Assembly: GCF_006345805.1 (NCBI RefSeq)
Contig: NC_042998.1
Coordinates: 121,086,001-121,150,000 of the forward strand
Source of the DNA: Octopus sinensis
Lineage: Eukaryota
Direction: 5' to 3'
DNA length: 64,000 bases
Of the stretch, positions 11,136-24,255 are shown piece after piece; the first letter of the stretch is position 1; the number at the start of each line of letters is the position of its first letter. The position numbers were made by a program, and so were the translations under genes. A model generated the notes under the pieces. The model made no database searches and was not told the origin of the DNA. It saw nothing but the letters and a program-made list of their open reading frames with translations.

Positions 11136-13111
11136 TTAATTAAGTAACCTCCCACTATTTTATTTCAGCATCTTGGGAATGAGAGGTGAGCAATCTCTGG
11201 TGAGCTGTAAAGACAGTAAAACAGTCTCTATCCCAAACTGGGGAGTGGGGCACAACCTTTGGGGTTATTTTCAAAATGAGACTGAATACATGTAGATATA
11301 TAACTGCATATATTTACTGAGACACTTCAACACAGTCTGTAATGGAATGAATTGACAAAATGTTTCAAAAGTAGGATATTAAGGATGGCAGGAACTAAGG
11401 ACAGGCAATTTTACAAGAAAGTTCTCATACCAAACATCAATAGAAAGCTTTACTTTGCAATGTTTAAAGGGAACAACTGAGCTTTCAAAAGAAAGTGATG
11501 AGTGTGTGACATGAGAGAGGTAACCAATTTAGCTATTTGTAACATGTTGAACAACAATGTTGGGGATCCCTTACTAACTTGGATACTTTGATACAATTGC
11601 CTAAGTAGCTTTAGCAATTCCTGCTACACATAGGAATATATCTCGTTTGAATTTGAAAATAGATTCATAAAGAGATAGAGTCTGCTTGGGTAGAGCTGAC
11701 ATAACATAATGTCTGCTTAGGCATGATTTGTACAACAGGATGCCACTCCTAATACCAACCACTTTACAAAGTGTACTGGGTGCTTTCCTTTTTGTGGAAC
11801 CAGCATTAGAAGATCACTTTCAACTGAATGGGGCTACAGTAGACAGGAGCAGTTTTATGCTAGGTGATGAGAGGTTAAAGTATGAAAGGAGAGATCAGAA
11901 CAGGTTTGTTGCTACAGCGGAGTTGCATAGTTATTTTATTAATTATATCTATTTTTGTTCTGAAGAAAAACCCTTCTCTTGTGTTTCAAGAAGTATGTTC
12001 AGATAAGAATTTGTTCTAAGTACAAATATGGTATGAACAATATTGCTAATGTAATGACCAAATCAGTACTGCCCATGTCTCTGGCAAATTCTAGAAACTA
12101 AGGAAACTGAAGCTACATTGGCAAGAAATAAAATAAAATCTAATCAATAAATCCATTTACTATGAAGAGTAAAGAATTCTTTGAAGGGGAGTAGAGGTAG
12201 CTGCATAATTACAGAAGCTAAGATAAGCTAGGGAGAAAACAGTGAAAGAGAGTCATGGAAGTGACTGGTCTACAGAGTGGTTTAAGATGTAGAGGGAAGT
12301 GGCATGAGAGTGTTGGAATATAGGAAAAAGAGGGGGGATAAAGAGAGCAAGAAGGGGATAATCAAAGGAAGATGTTCCAAAAACAAAGTTTAGCTTAGTA
12401 GCCAGTTACAGTAAGGGTTAAAGTTTATGGAAGTATGTATACAACATGTAAGCAAGAAAATGACTGAAGAGAGATAAGAAGAGAAGGGAGTGATGAATGT
12501 CTAAAAAAATGAAACATTAACTATAGGGGTAAAGAGTCAAAAGAATGCATTGAACAGGTGCAGGCAGGATGGTATCATAGGCAGATAGTCATAAGACAAA
12601 ATGTACACAAAAATTAACCATAAGGACAAATTCATGAACAAAAGGCAAAAGTTTGGAATCTTTTACTTCAATAGAGAAGAGAGCAACAGAAAGAAGCTAA
12701 GAGAATGCTGGAGAGGCGCTTAGCTTTACTGACATATGAAGAGCAATAAGTAAGGTCTGAAATCACTCTATTATTGTACTGTATTATTTTTGCTCAAGTA
12801 ATCAATGATGAGCAAAATTGTACCATGTATAATTGGAAAAGGGTGACTATGTATGAACCACATAAATGAAATCCCATATTAAATGAGATCTTTATACACA
12901 CACACACTTTTTACTTGTTTCAGACAACAGAGAGTGGCCATGTTGAGGCACTGCTTTGAAGGGTTTACTCAAATCAACCCTAGTATTTTAAGCCTGGTGC
13001 TTATTCTATCAATATCTTCTTTCCTTCTTTCCTGAGCGTCCAATAATACTATATTTGTTCCACGTCCTCGCGTTGTTGTGTTTTTTTGTGCTTTCTTGTT
13101 TGGATTAACTT

Positions 13112-13276
13112 TATATATATATACATATATATATATACATACATACATATATATATATATATACATACATACATATATATATACATACATACGTACATAC
13201 ATACATACATACATACATACATACATACAGACATACATACATATAGACATACATACATATAGACATACATACATAT

Positions 13277-13320
<44 letters not shown>
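13112..13320. repeat. Compound (TA)n/(TACA)n microsatellite
   Basis: Seen directly; it is the source of the spurious ORFs at 12969-13467. Confidence 0.95.
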
Positions 13321-13323
<3 letters not shown>

Positions 13324-13347
13324 TTTGATGTACACTGTATTAAAATA

Positions 13348-13421
13348 AGAGCTACTAATAGTTACTTGCCATTAAGACACATGGTTAAACAGGCTTTTAT
13401 AACAGGCAATCTTCAGGCTCT
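13348..13421 (-). ncRNA. Hammerhead ribozyme motif with one core mutation (GAAA to GUAA)
   Basis: Minus strand: AGAGC-CUGAAGA-UUGCC...GGCAA-GUAAC-UAUUA-GUA-GCUCU. Stem I (5 bp) and stem II (5 bp) are intact. Confidence 0.7.
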
Positions 13422-15030
13422 GTGTACATGGTTTATTCTATTTGAAAATCAGGATTCTGGTACATGAGAAACCACAAAACAAAAAGAAGGTTGATGCAAA
13501 AAGTGGAAAGAGAAGACAAAGAGTGAGTAAAAATAGAAAAAGAAAGGAAAGAAAAGAACGTAAATTAGGGTTACATCTCCTTTGACTATAGAAGTCATAA
13601 TTAAACATATGTTCATATTGACCACATACACCTGGACTTTATCATGCATACAATAAAATCTCGTTTATTCAGTAAGAGCTCAGCATAGGTGAATTGTTCA
13701 ATGTATCAATGGGATCATACAACAGTGTTGTCCTCTGCAACCTTGTAGGTCTCCTTATATTAAATACACTGAAATCCAAGTTCCCATCCCATGATATTGG
13801 CTTATACCAGAATGATGGGTTTTGGGAATATCTCATGGCTTTGATGGTCATGGTCTCAATAAATTTAGGAAAAAAACTAATTCATACCTTTAGTCAACTA
13901 GGCTTATCACCACTAAACTGTGCAAAGTCAATTTTTGAAACGTTTCCCTGCTTTTATAAATCCTACTATAAACCAAACAAGGTTTCCTATATACAGAAAC
14001 AGTCCTGTCACCCCACTATAGTGTTTAAAAACACTGATAGCTAACTAATCTCTCCTCTTCAAAAGAAATATTTTATAAGGCAGCCTTCTACTATAACAAT
14101 GCCCTAGCTAACAACATATTCAAAGATAAGATATATTACAACCCTTCAGTTAAAAATAGGAAACCTAAAAACAGACCTAGGAAAGTATGGTTTACCCCGC
14201 CCCTTCTCCTTAAATGCTAAAACTAATATAAGCGAGAAATTCCAGGCTCTTTTAGTAAACATTTCACAATGAATCATAAATACAGGAAGATTTTTAATAG
14301 ATGCTTGATAAAAATATACAGCTGCTGTGCCAATATGAAAAACATTATCAATCATGAGCCTCGCCAAGAGCCCACTCCTAGTTGTAAGTGTTGAACCCTC
14401 AAAGCTTGGCCACTTGACCTGGTGTGTATGATAGACTCTGTCATCTATGAGGCACAAGTCACAACAACATTTCAAGATAACATAATGAAAAGAAAACTTA
14501 CACCAGTTTATGCAAAGGCAATTTTAAAAGGTTTATGCAACCCACCAATCTTCTTTGGCACATCAACAAATGTAAAGCCACTGAATTGGCTAGTCAAATA
14601 TGGGGTTTGAAAACCAACTACACAACACATACAAAGGGAAGAATGAATCTAAGAAATGTAATTTACATGTAGCTGAAAGATTTCACATTCATTTTAGATA
14701 TAAGAATTACTCCACACTATTTAATTTCAGATCCAAAATTTTCAACAAATGCAAGCATATGGTCAAATTTCTGGAGGACTCCACTCTCTTGAGATTGACT
14801 AGCTGCCTCGTAGATGTTGGACCCCTCTCCATTGAATTATTCTACAACAACTAGTTTATTTATTACTTCTATGGTCAAAGGGGATGTGACTCTAATAATT
14901 TTCTTTCTTTTTCCATTTTTACTCACCATTTGTTTTCTCAATCCACTTTTTGCATCAACTTTTGCATTTTTTTCTCGTGGGTCCTCATGTACTAGCGTCC
15001 TGATTTCCAGATAGAATAAACCATATGCTC

Positions 15031-15121
15031 AAAGCTTTAAGACTACTTGGAAACACAAGGCACATTATAAAAATGTGCCTAACCACATGTCTTAAAAAAG
15101 CAAGAAACTATTAGTAGATCT
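15031..15121 (+). ncRNA. Degenerate hammerhead motif (CUGAAGA to UUUAAGA; GAAAC intact)
   Basis: AAAGC-UUUAAGA...AGCAA-GAAAC-UAUUA-GUA-GAUCU; this is the inverted paralogue of 13348-13421. Confidence 0.55.
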
Positions 15122-17197
15122 TATTTTAATACAGTTTACATTAAATCATGTTTATCTCTCACTGGATGGAGTACTTTTGTTGATTTTTACCTTAATGAAA
15201 CAGTATAGTATAGTATATATATATATATATATATATAAACACAGCTAGCTTTTTCTGGGTTCTGCCTTCCACTCACAAGGCTCTGGTCAGCACAGGGTTA
15301 TAATAGAAGGCACTTACCCAAGGTACTGTGTAGTGGGACTGAACCTATGATTACAAGCAAGCTTCTTAGTATACCATACATTAAAAAAAAAACTAAGCTT
15401 AGTCAATAAAAGCTGTGCATTAAGATTGTATGTATGTATGTGTATACACACACACAATGTACATAAGATGTATATGCATCTATACATATACAAATATATA
15501 TACATATATATATACATACATACATACATACACACGTGTGTCTATGCGTGTGTTTATAAATATGACATTGCCAACAATAATTCGATGTAACAAGTTAATA
15601 TAAAAGATGACAAATGTCTGTATTTCAACTGTAGCTATTTACACAAAGATCTTACTTCCTACATATGTCTTTCACAACACATAACCTACATAAGAGAAAT
15701 ATTGTTGTTGTTTCTGTGATAGTAGTAGTAATGGTGGTGATGGTGGTGGTGGTGAACTTAGTAGCAATAATAGAGGCAGTAATAAAAGAAAGTGCAGTAG
15801 CAGCACCAACAACAATTGCAACAACAAAAAGATTGAAAGTCACTCTAATAGTATATATGTGTGCCTTGTTATAAAGTAGAATGTAATATATAGAGAGATT
15901 ATGGTGATAATAGTAGTACTGATCGTTATTCATCATGATATTAAAAGTCAAGTGAGTCACCACCATCCAACCGAAGCAGTAATATAAAAAATCAATAAAA
16001 CAGCCTTAATTAAATAGTACGCCACTACAATAGTCCATGTAATATGGAATTGAAACATTAGCAATAAAATGGTTTGACTTTACATTTTGACATTTATTGT
16101 GAAGACTTTTCACAGCTAGATATCAAGAGCCATCTAAGAGTTCTGTTGGTACAGGTTACATCAGCTGATCATTAAGAGTTGAAAACAGAAAGTAGGATTC
16201 CAGCTGACGCTAAGAGTCCAACTAATAGCAGCAGTTTTATTGGTTCTGAAGAGTCCAGTAACAAACTGTTACAAAAGCCAACGTGAGCTAATCTTAAAAC
16301 CTCTAAACCCTTTATGACCATATTTTAGTGGAATATATTGCTTGTTTCATTTAATTTTGAAAATAATAAAAAATATAATGGAATTTAGTAAAGTAACTTT
16401 TCATTTTTTTTTTTTTTGCTATATTATGTTAGCATTAGGAAACCAACTTAATAAAAAAGTTCTTACAGAAAATTTAGGCAGAATGTTTCACTTTCAGTAT
16501 AAGCACTTTAAAACAGGGTTTAAAAGATTTTTGTATCAAAGAAACAAATGCAATTTCAGGTTTGTTGATATCAAAATGGCCACACCTTAATTATACCATC
16601 TTACATGTATAAATGAAAAAAATGTCTTTTTGTTTATAGGATTTTGAGGCAAAACATTGTTTACAAGTAAGAAATAGCCATACTTATACAGAATATAAAA
16701 GTTTAATATATATGCCCTGAGGCATATTATGTATTTTTCCTCTCTCATACACAGACTCTTTATATATAAATATTGACTTTTTAAAGGCCATACTGATTTA
16801 CTGTCAGTTCAAAATGTTTTTAAATAAATTATTAATATTACAGTATAGGTTGATATATTTTGAGACCCATTTTTAATAATCTTATTAGAAGATGAAGCAT
16901 TATACAAGTAGTCTTTTGAAAAAAAAAAGTAAAAAACTTGAGCTTAAACAATGATTACAGACTCAAGATGTGTTCCACTCACTAAATATAGGGCTTAAAA
17001 TTGGTCTCAAAAAGTTAACCTAAATATGGTATTTTTAAATATTACTGAAATATTTAGAAGCTACAGTACCAAGTATGGGTCTTGCATGAACTTGTGAATA
17101 ACTGCTGTTCTTTATATTACAGTCTGCTTTATAATTTGTTATACATATAAATATACAAAGGAATGAATGCAAAATATATATTATATATTATACATTC

Positions 17198-17228
<31 letters not shown>

Positions 17229-17988
17229 GAATATACTGCGGAAGTTTCTTTCTAGACAGGAGACTTCAACATTAATTCAGTTAAAGTCACTGTTGGGAAT
17301 AAATACAAAATTAATCTGGTTCAACCTTGGGCCGCACTCTACCAACATATCCACTTAGGTTACAAATAGGAACCAAATCAATTTGGTTCAGCCTTAGACT
17401 GCAATTTATCGATAAGTTTACCTATTTTTCAATAATACGTATTAGTTCAATGTAGTGTCGTCTCAGACCACTGCACACCAATCAGTTCACTTAACAGTCA
17501 AGGATAAATACTATGCCATTTTAGTTTAATTTCAAACCACAGTCCACTGGGGTTTTTTTTTTTTTATCTGCCTTGACACTGAATCTGAACTCTGGATTTG
17601 ATTACAAACTGTGTGTAATGACAGGTGTGCACAAACACCATTAAGCATCCACCATCAGATGGGCATCTTCCTTGTCAATTCTTACCAATTTAATTATAGA
17701 TTAAATTAAAGTAATAATAATGTAATGGCTTCTGAGATCTGTTTGGAAAAGTAACTCAATAAATTTTATTCAAGTATTTAAACATCATAGCTATATATCT
17801 AAACAAAGGAGGAAAGTTGTACAATTCATTTGGTTAATAGACAATGAGAGTGAATGGTTCTATATAAGTTCTATCTAACTTTGAACAACTTTTTTTTTCA
17901 GACATTTTCAAATGACATCCAATTGATGTACAACACAAAAGAAAAGTAAATAAACAAGAAGGATAAAAGGATCTTTTTGAGGTCTCAC

Positions 17989-18295
17989 CTGGTATTCCTG
18001 ATTTAGACTCATCCATGCTGCTGTTCATATTACTCACTTTGTGAGTGTTGAGCACATCTACAGATTGGCTGGAAGGTATCACATGATCAGGTTGGTTTGA
18101 AGTACAGCTATCTGACATATCAGGTGATATAGGAGTTGAAGCCATCTTAAAGTCTATGGAACTATCATCAGTAATCTCCTCGTTGATGTCATTGATATCG
18201 CCAGTAATCTTCAGCTTTGGATCCCCATTTACCATAACAAAGTCCTCGCCAGTCGATGAAGATTCCACAGAACTTCGACTCACTGTGTCTTCCAT
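17989..18295 (-). CDS. RABGAP1: First coding exon of a Rab GTPase-activating protein 1 (RABGAP1/RABGAP1L, GAPCenA)-like gene; partial CDS of 102 codons + 1 nt
   Basis: Acceptor ttgtttttctag|G at 18346, Kozak-like ACCATGG at 18295, donor CCAG|gtgag at 17989/17988. MEDTVSRSSVESSSTGEDFVMV..PKLKI resembles the vertebrate RABGAP1/1L N-terminus as I recall it (S-E-[DE]-F-V-L-V ... LKIV). Identity recognised from memory, not searched. Confidence 0.7.
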
Positions 18296-18469
18296 GGTGA
18301 CAAACCTGGCTCACAGTGGTCGAGCACAAGTGAAAAGCAACTCTACCTAGAAAAACAATAAAAGACACAGAAAACAAACATTAAAAATCAATTCCAGAAA
18401 GAAAAAAAAAACTAATATTTTTAATCATCATTATCATTACCATTTTTACATTCACTTTTCCTTGTATGT

Positions 18470-18830
18470 ACAGATTGCATAGTCCCTTCTTGTGTTCCTT
18501 TGTCATCTCCTTAGCAACATCACTTGTTGCGTTCCTTTGTCATCCCCTTTGCATGGTTCAACATCCTAAGATCAGCTTTCACCTCTTCTGCCCATGTCTT
18601 CTTCTACATGAACCTCCAGGTACTTTTTTACCCATCTATCATTATCCATATGCATCATATGTCCATACCAATGCAGTCATCTTTTTTGCACACTACATCT
18701 CATGCCTCTTATACCCGATTTTTCTTTCAGCTCAACTGTGCCTTGTCTTCCATATGCACAAACATTACATATCCAATGAAGCACTTGTTTTATCTCTTTC
18801 CATCCTTCACAGATACTCTACATTCACTAC
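18470..18830 (-). mobile_element. Old RTE LINE 3' fragment
   Basis: The minus strand gives decayed HWYGHMMHMDNDRWVKK-like text, similar to the RTE C-termini elsewhere in the window. Confidence 0.55.
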
Positions 18831-19019
18831 CTACATCTAATATTTTTTTGACTATTTTACATCCTTTCTGACATGAGTGGAAAGGTTTATTTATTGGAGA
18901 GGCTAGAATACATGCAAAGCACTGAACTACACAAAATAAACCATCATGTCCAATTCTCTAGCCTTAAGACATTAGTTACTAAGTAAATAAAATAAAATAC
19001 TACGGTCTGAAAAGAAAAA

Positions 19020-19230
19020 ACAATAGGAGACTATGTTGATCAACCCTCATCCAGCATGTCTATAATCAAAGGTATTCCAGATATGATTATACCATTTTCT
19101 TTTCTTTGTTTGCAAACTCTATCTAGTATTAAATAATTCAATGTTTCCTTCATTTTTTAAAGACAGTAAGGTACAATTTGAATGAAATTCTGATGTTGTT
19201 TCTTACAGGCCAAGCAACTACAAAACTTTT
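19020..19230 (+). repeat. Dispersed ~200-bp repeat family (AACCC..GACCTATGATCAAAG..ATTCCAG..GAGATTTGGCTGCTATTTCTAG)
   Basis: Pieces recur near 19900, 25300, 29930, 31980, 35530, 41900, 44450, 44870, 47250 and 50330-50640. Confidence 0.55.
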
Positions 19231-20434
19231 CTCCTAGGCTGAATGGAATGTGTTTGCATGACAACTGGAGAAAAGAATTTAAAGCTTCAGGCATTGTTCC
19301 ATTTTATAAACTTTATTAAACAGGCCATATAGTAAATTATTTCCTTTTGCAAGAGTCGTGGTGGCTGAGTGGTAGAATTGTTAATCTTAAAATGAAATCT
19401 TACTAACAATAAAACAATATTTCTGATGCAACCAAGTTGAAATGTTACCAGTGTTCACTCTCATAGATAAAAACCATCTCATTTACACCACAGCTATTCA
19501 CATGTATTAAAAGAAATGTAATACAACAAACCAGGTGTTTATTTCTGTTGTTACAGTTAGAACAAGAAGGAGCAGTGCCTAAATTTCCTATACTGGGAAG
19601 TCAAGAATAACTGGATGGTTTAATTATAAAGAAGGCTGTTCAAAAATATAATCCACACAAAATAGATAAATAAAAGTGTTGTTCTTTTCAATGGTCACAT
19701 TTAACTTTAATCTCATGTCAGAAACTCCTTTATTTTTCTGTATATATTTATTTCCCTTTGCTTCAATGAATGAATTTAGCAAAATATTATAGGCATATAC
19801 TGCAAACCTATTTTACAATACATCTATTAAAATTACAAACCTGTTTTACAATACATCCATTAAATATAAACATGATGTTATACTAATCAATGAAGGAGCT
19901 TCTATGTGGTTATTCAACCAGCTAGCAATAGCAGTGAAATCTCTCTTAAATTATCCTTACCATCTTAAAAAAATAAATAAAACGGACACAATAATGTAGC
20001 CTAAGATACACACTGAAAATAAGACAGGATGGCTTCAGCTGGAATGTCTTTGATCATAGATCTACTCAATCACAGCTAATCTGATGTTAAACTACAGCAA
20101 TATGTAGAACACATAAATATAATATTAGTAGAAAATTAAAAGACAAACTAGCAAAAGCCAAACTGAAAAATTAAGATATTTGAAATAACCTTAGAATTAA
20201 AACTGAGTGAAACTGTTGAAAAAGTGAATGGCTCTTTCATTACAAGCAACTTCTATTTTTATCCTTTAGCCTAGAGGAGTTTATCACAGAAACAAGAGAA
20301 CAGTTATGAAAGCTCCATTCCTACCATATGTCAATATTCACTGAAGATTCCAGCACATTGGCAGGCTATGTGTGTCTTGGTCTAAGAAATGTTGTTGCTG
20401 TTCCATTTTTGGAATACACACCTACACAACTGTT

Positions 20435-20533
<99 letters not shown>

Positions 20534-21664
20534 ACATGTGTGCATGCATGCATGTGTTACATAATTTGTTTTCTTATTTTTCATCAGAGCATTGAAATTT
20601 TGTCCTGAATTATGTCCACACCAACCAGCTATATGTAGTCTACAAACTGACACTCCATCAGTTACAGCAATGAGGGTTCCAGTTGATCCGATTAATGCAA
20701 CAGCTTGCTCATGTAATTAACATGCAAGTGGCTGAGCACTCCACAGACATGCGTACCCTTCTACTAACTAATCTGGAATTATTTAACATAATATTGACAT
20801 CATTGTTGTTTACTCAGTTCTCCATGTCTCAGTTTTATTCAGATACAGAGTCTAGTAAACCCTCACATCATCTCAGTTCACAACATTGATTAACTTTATC
20901 TTAGTTTTTTAGTTTACTTTTTAGTTAAGCACCTCTAAGATTTAGTTTCTACCTAACCTTACTCTTTCTATGACTACCCTAATTATTTATGTAGTCTTTT
21001 CAACTATAGCAGCAATTTTTAATTTAGGGATACGTGAAACGTTTCAGAGATCCATAAACCACTAATTGAAATTTATCCTTTCATTCAATTACAAAATCTT
21101 TCATAAATCCCATAAGCCAAAATTATATTATCAAAAAAAAATCAAAACCAAAATGCATTAGGTTGTATGAAATAACTTGCCCATCTGGAGAATGATAAGA
21201 ATATTACCATATTCCATGTTTGATCATTTATATTATATCTTGAAAACAATATTTAAAACTATATTTAAGTATAACTGACTCCTAATACAATATATTCCTA
21301 CCAAATATTTTAGTCATATGAATTCATTTTTCTTAAGAAGGGACCTAGAAGGCTTCACAATAGAACAAAACAAGTTAAGGATCCCAGTACAGTAATCATT
21401 CCACTGCCATATTGCTTGCTATAACTGTTCATCCAAATACAGAACAGATAAATGCCTTATAACAGATTATCTTAAACAATACTTACATTTCTATAAGAAT
21501 ATCAATTATTCTCTGTTCATAAAATTACTTCTAATTAGCCTTCAGAGAAGTCCTCTATCAACTCCTAAAATCAGCAAACCACTAATCTTCTAGAAATACA
21601 CTTAATGTTTACAATCATTTCTCTGCCCTCTTTTTTTCTCACCAAAAAGCATTCTGAGTGATAA

Positions 21665-22343
21665 GGTAGTTGCCCTGATTACCAACCAAGCTGAGATCAC
21701 CCTTGTTCTTATGATACAAGTTTCCTACATTGAAGCAATCTAAATTAAAACCTTCCATTGAAATTTCATAATGTATATTCTAAACACCATCTTAATAATG
21801 ACAAAATTATTTTACAAAATTCTTCACTATTTTCCAAATTAATTGAAGCAAAGGTAATATCATCATTAGTGTTAACTTGTATCCTAGTAGCATCTTGAAG
21901 GGTACGAGGAGTGTTGGTATTGAGGCGGCTGTTTAGGACAATGATGGCATAGAAGAGCCAGGGGCATTTATCACAAGGGAGAGTTGTGGAGAGGGGGAAC
22001 GATGAGGAAGCATGAATCATTCTTTGTGTCTTTAACATCTAATCTCTATCTCTTGATGTCATTTCCATTTGGTTCATTCCCTCAACAAAGATATGCCACC
22101 ACTTTGGGCAGTCCTTGGTGATTGTCTCCCAGGTATTTGGGTCAACAGAGCAGCAGAGGATGGGGCCTTGAGATGGTCTTGCAAACAGAATTTGGGGACT
22201 CTGCATGGTCTAGTGCCTGAAGTCAACTCCGCAAAAGAGGGATTGACAGAGGATGCACATTTGAGGCATATGTATGATGCATCCTGACCAGTAGAAGGGT
22301 GTGCCATGGTAGTATTTCAACAGAAATATAGTAGCAAAAGGGT
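21665..22343. mobile_element. TTAA MITE interrupted by a ~450-bp insertion
   Basis: The MITE body stops at AAAGGTAATA (~21858) and resumes at GGTAGTATTTCAACAGAAATATAGTAGCAAAAGGG|TTAA (~22307-22343). Confidence 0.5.
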
Positions 22344-22387
22344 TAAGCAAACCTGTGGTGAAATGTGTTCTAGCACTAACCATAGGT

Positions 22388-24255
22388 TTAGTTAGTTAGT
22401 TAATTTGGCTCAAAAGCAAATAGCAAGGCCATGTAGGGGGACATGGAGTTAAGTACAGGGTGGTGTTCATGTAAAGAGTTCAGGCCACTTGAGGTCAAGG
22501 GAGGCTTTGAACAAAGCGGTCGTCGGCATCTTCACCATCTCGTCTGGCAGCTTGTTCCACGGATCTGCAACCCGGACGGAGAAAGCTCCTCTCCTTCGAT
22601 TGAGATGAAATCGTCGCAGGTAGAGCTTTTCGGAATGACCCCGCAGCCGACGCTCTGGAGCAGGAGTGAAGAACAGCTCTTTTGAGAGGTTACACTTTCC
22701 GCTTATGATGTTGTGGGCGAGAATGAGATCACCACGGCGGCGGCGTTTTTCAAGAGAATAAAGGTCGAGCGTCCTCAGCCTTTCTTCGTAGGACAAATTT
22801 TTGAGACCATGAACCATGCGGGTAGCCAGCTTCTGGACTCTTTCGAGATGCTGTATGTCTTTGAGGAGATAAGGAGAAGAGGCTTGAATCCCATACTCCA
22901 ATATGGGTCTCACCAGCGTGACATAGAGTGGTAGGAATATGGCTGCTGTGAGCATTCCAAATGACCGTCGAATCAAGAATTCCGCGTGCTTTGTTGGCAG
23001 CATGGACGCACTGGGCCGAAGGCGAAAAGGAGGAATCCACCAAGATACCTAGGTCCTTTACCTGATCGGTCCTCTCCAGCAGCAGACGACCCGGCTCGAA
23101 ATCAAGTTGAGTTGCAGGAGTAGAGCCGACAGGCAGATGACAGCACTTTGACACGTTCAGACACAGGTCCCAATTGTTAGACCACTTCCAAATTTGATGG
23201 AGGCATCGACGAAGATCCTCTATATTACCGCGAGGAGCGACCAGTTTGATATCGTCGGAAAATTGAAGGGTGTGTTGCGTGAGGTCGTCGGGCAAGTCAT
23301 TTATGAAGACTAAGAACAACAAGGGCCCAAGCACTGAACCTTGAGGCACGCCACTGCTCGCACTGGAGACATCGGACCGCGAACCATTAACTTGGACTTG
23401 GAAGGAGCGATCTGAGAGGAAGGCACCAACCCATCGTACAATATCCGGATGGAAACTATATGCTTGAAGCTTGACAAGCAATAGGCGGTGGTTTACCGAG
23501 TCAAAAGCTTTGGCAAAGTCCAGTAAAACGATGTCAACAGCATCACTATCATCGAGGATGCGCGTCACCAATTCTTCCATTACTAGTAGGTTGGTCAAGC
23601 ATGATCTCTTCGGCACGAAGCCGTGTTGGGAATCAGAGATAGAGGCTGTGTTTAGGAGGTGGAGCATCATACTTTTCTTAAGGATGGTTTCGAACATCTT
23701 GCTGATAATTGATGTAAGGGAAACCGGTCGGTAGTTAAGCGGGTCTTCGCGGCTCCCTTTCTTGAAAATTGGGCAGATTATCGCTGTTCTCAGTCAGCAG
23801 GTATAACACCCGTCGCCAATGACATATTGAATAGTCGTGTTAAGGGCTCGCAGATGACCGGAGCCAACGCTTTGATAACCCGTGGGTGTATGCCGTCAGG
23901 GCCGTGACCTTTGTTGACATTGAGGCCTTGAATAACACGTTTGACTTCGTGCCGCGTGATGACCAATCGAAGCATTGGAGGTACTGATCTATCAAATGGA
24001 GGGGGTTCACGACCATCATCTTGTTTGAAAATAGTTGAAAAAGCCTCGGCAAATAATTGACTCTGTTGATAAGGGTCCTCAATCGATACGCCTGTTGAGT
24101 CTACCAACGTTGCAATCTGGTTGTTCAAGCGGGAATTCCGCTGGACATGGGCAAAGAAGGTTTTTGGATTGCTACTGGCATTTGCCGCGATTTTGTATTC
24201 GTAACTGAAGCGTTCTTTCTTTTCAATTTTCACGGCTCGGTCTCGTTGAGTTTTG
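22388..24255 (-). mobile_element. 5'-truncated CR1/L2-group LINE (RT; one premature stop, one frameshift)
   Basis: ORFs 23790-24260, 22750-23697 and 22467-23003 contain GPDGIHP, LDFAKAFDSV, GVPQGSVLGPLLFL, FSDD, VKDLG and LEKRRRRGDLI. The 3' end is (TAAC)n at ~22388-22403. Confidence 0.92.

Larger units (their letters stand above)
13330..15140 (+). mobile_element. Decayed Penelope-like retroelement (RT C-terminus plus GIY-YIG endonuclease) with inverted pseudo-LTRs
   Basis: Plus-strand remnants KKLIHTFSQLGL..YKPNKVSYIQKQSCHP, RPRKVWFTPP, DSVIYEAQVTT and KKCNLHVAERFHI..NFRSKIFNKCKH resemble Penelope ORF motifs. 13330-13605 is the reverse complement of 14860-15140. Confidence 0.8.

Noticed and set aside
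13015-13111. Further ribozyme-bearing repeat fragment
   Set aside because: It looks like a dispersed repeat end, but no hammerhead core is present in the retained part.
12969-13467. ORFs rich in YI/CMYV repeats (also near 3520, 20328, 40917, 52376 and 63712)
   Set aside because: These are translations of dinucleotide and tetranucleotide microsatellites.
15652-15966. Thr-rich or Val-rich ORFs
   Set aside because: They arise from (GTA)/(GTG)/(GCA) trinucleotide runs; no domain evidence.
22388-24255. Bacterial contamination or prokaryotic RT
   Set aside because: The motifs and microsatellite 3' end are those of a eukaryotic non-LTR element, and it is continuous with host repeats.
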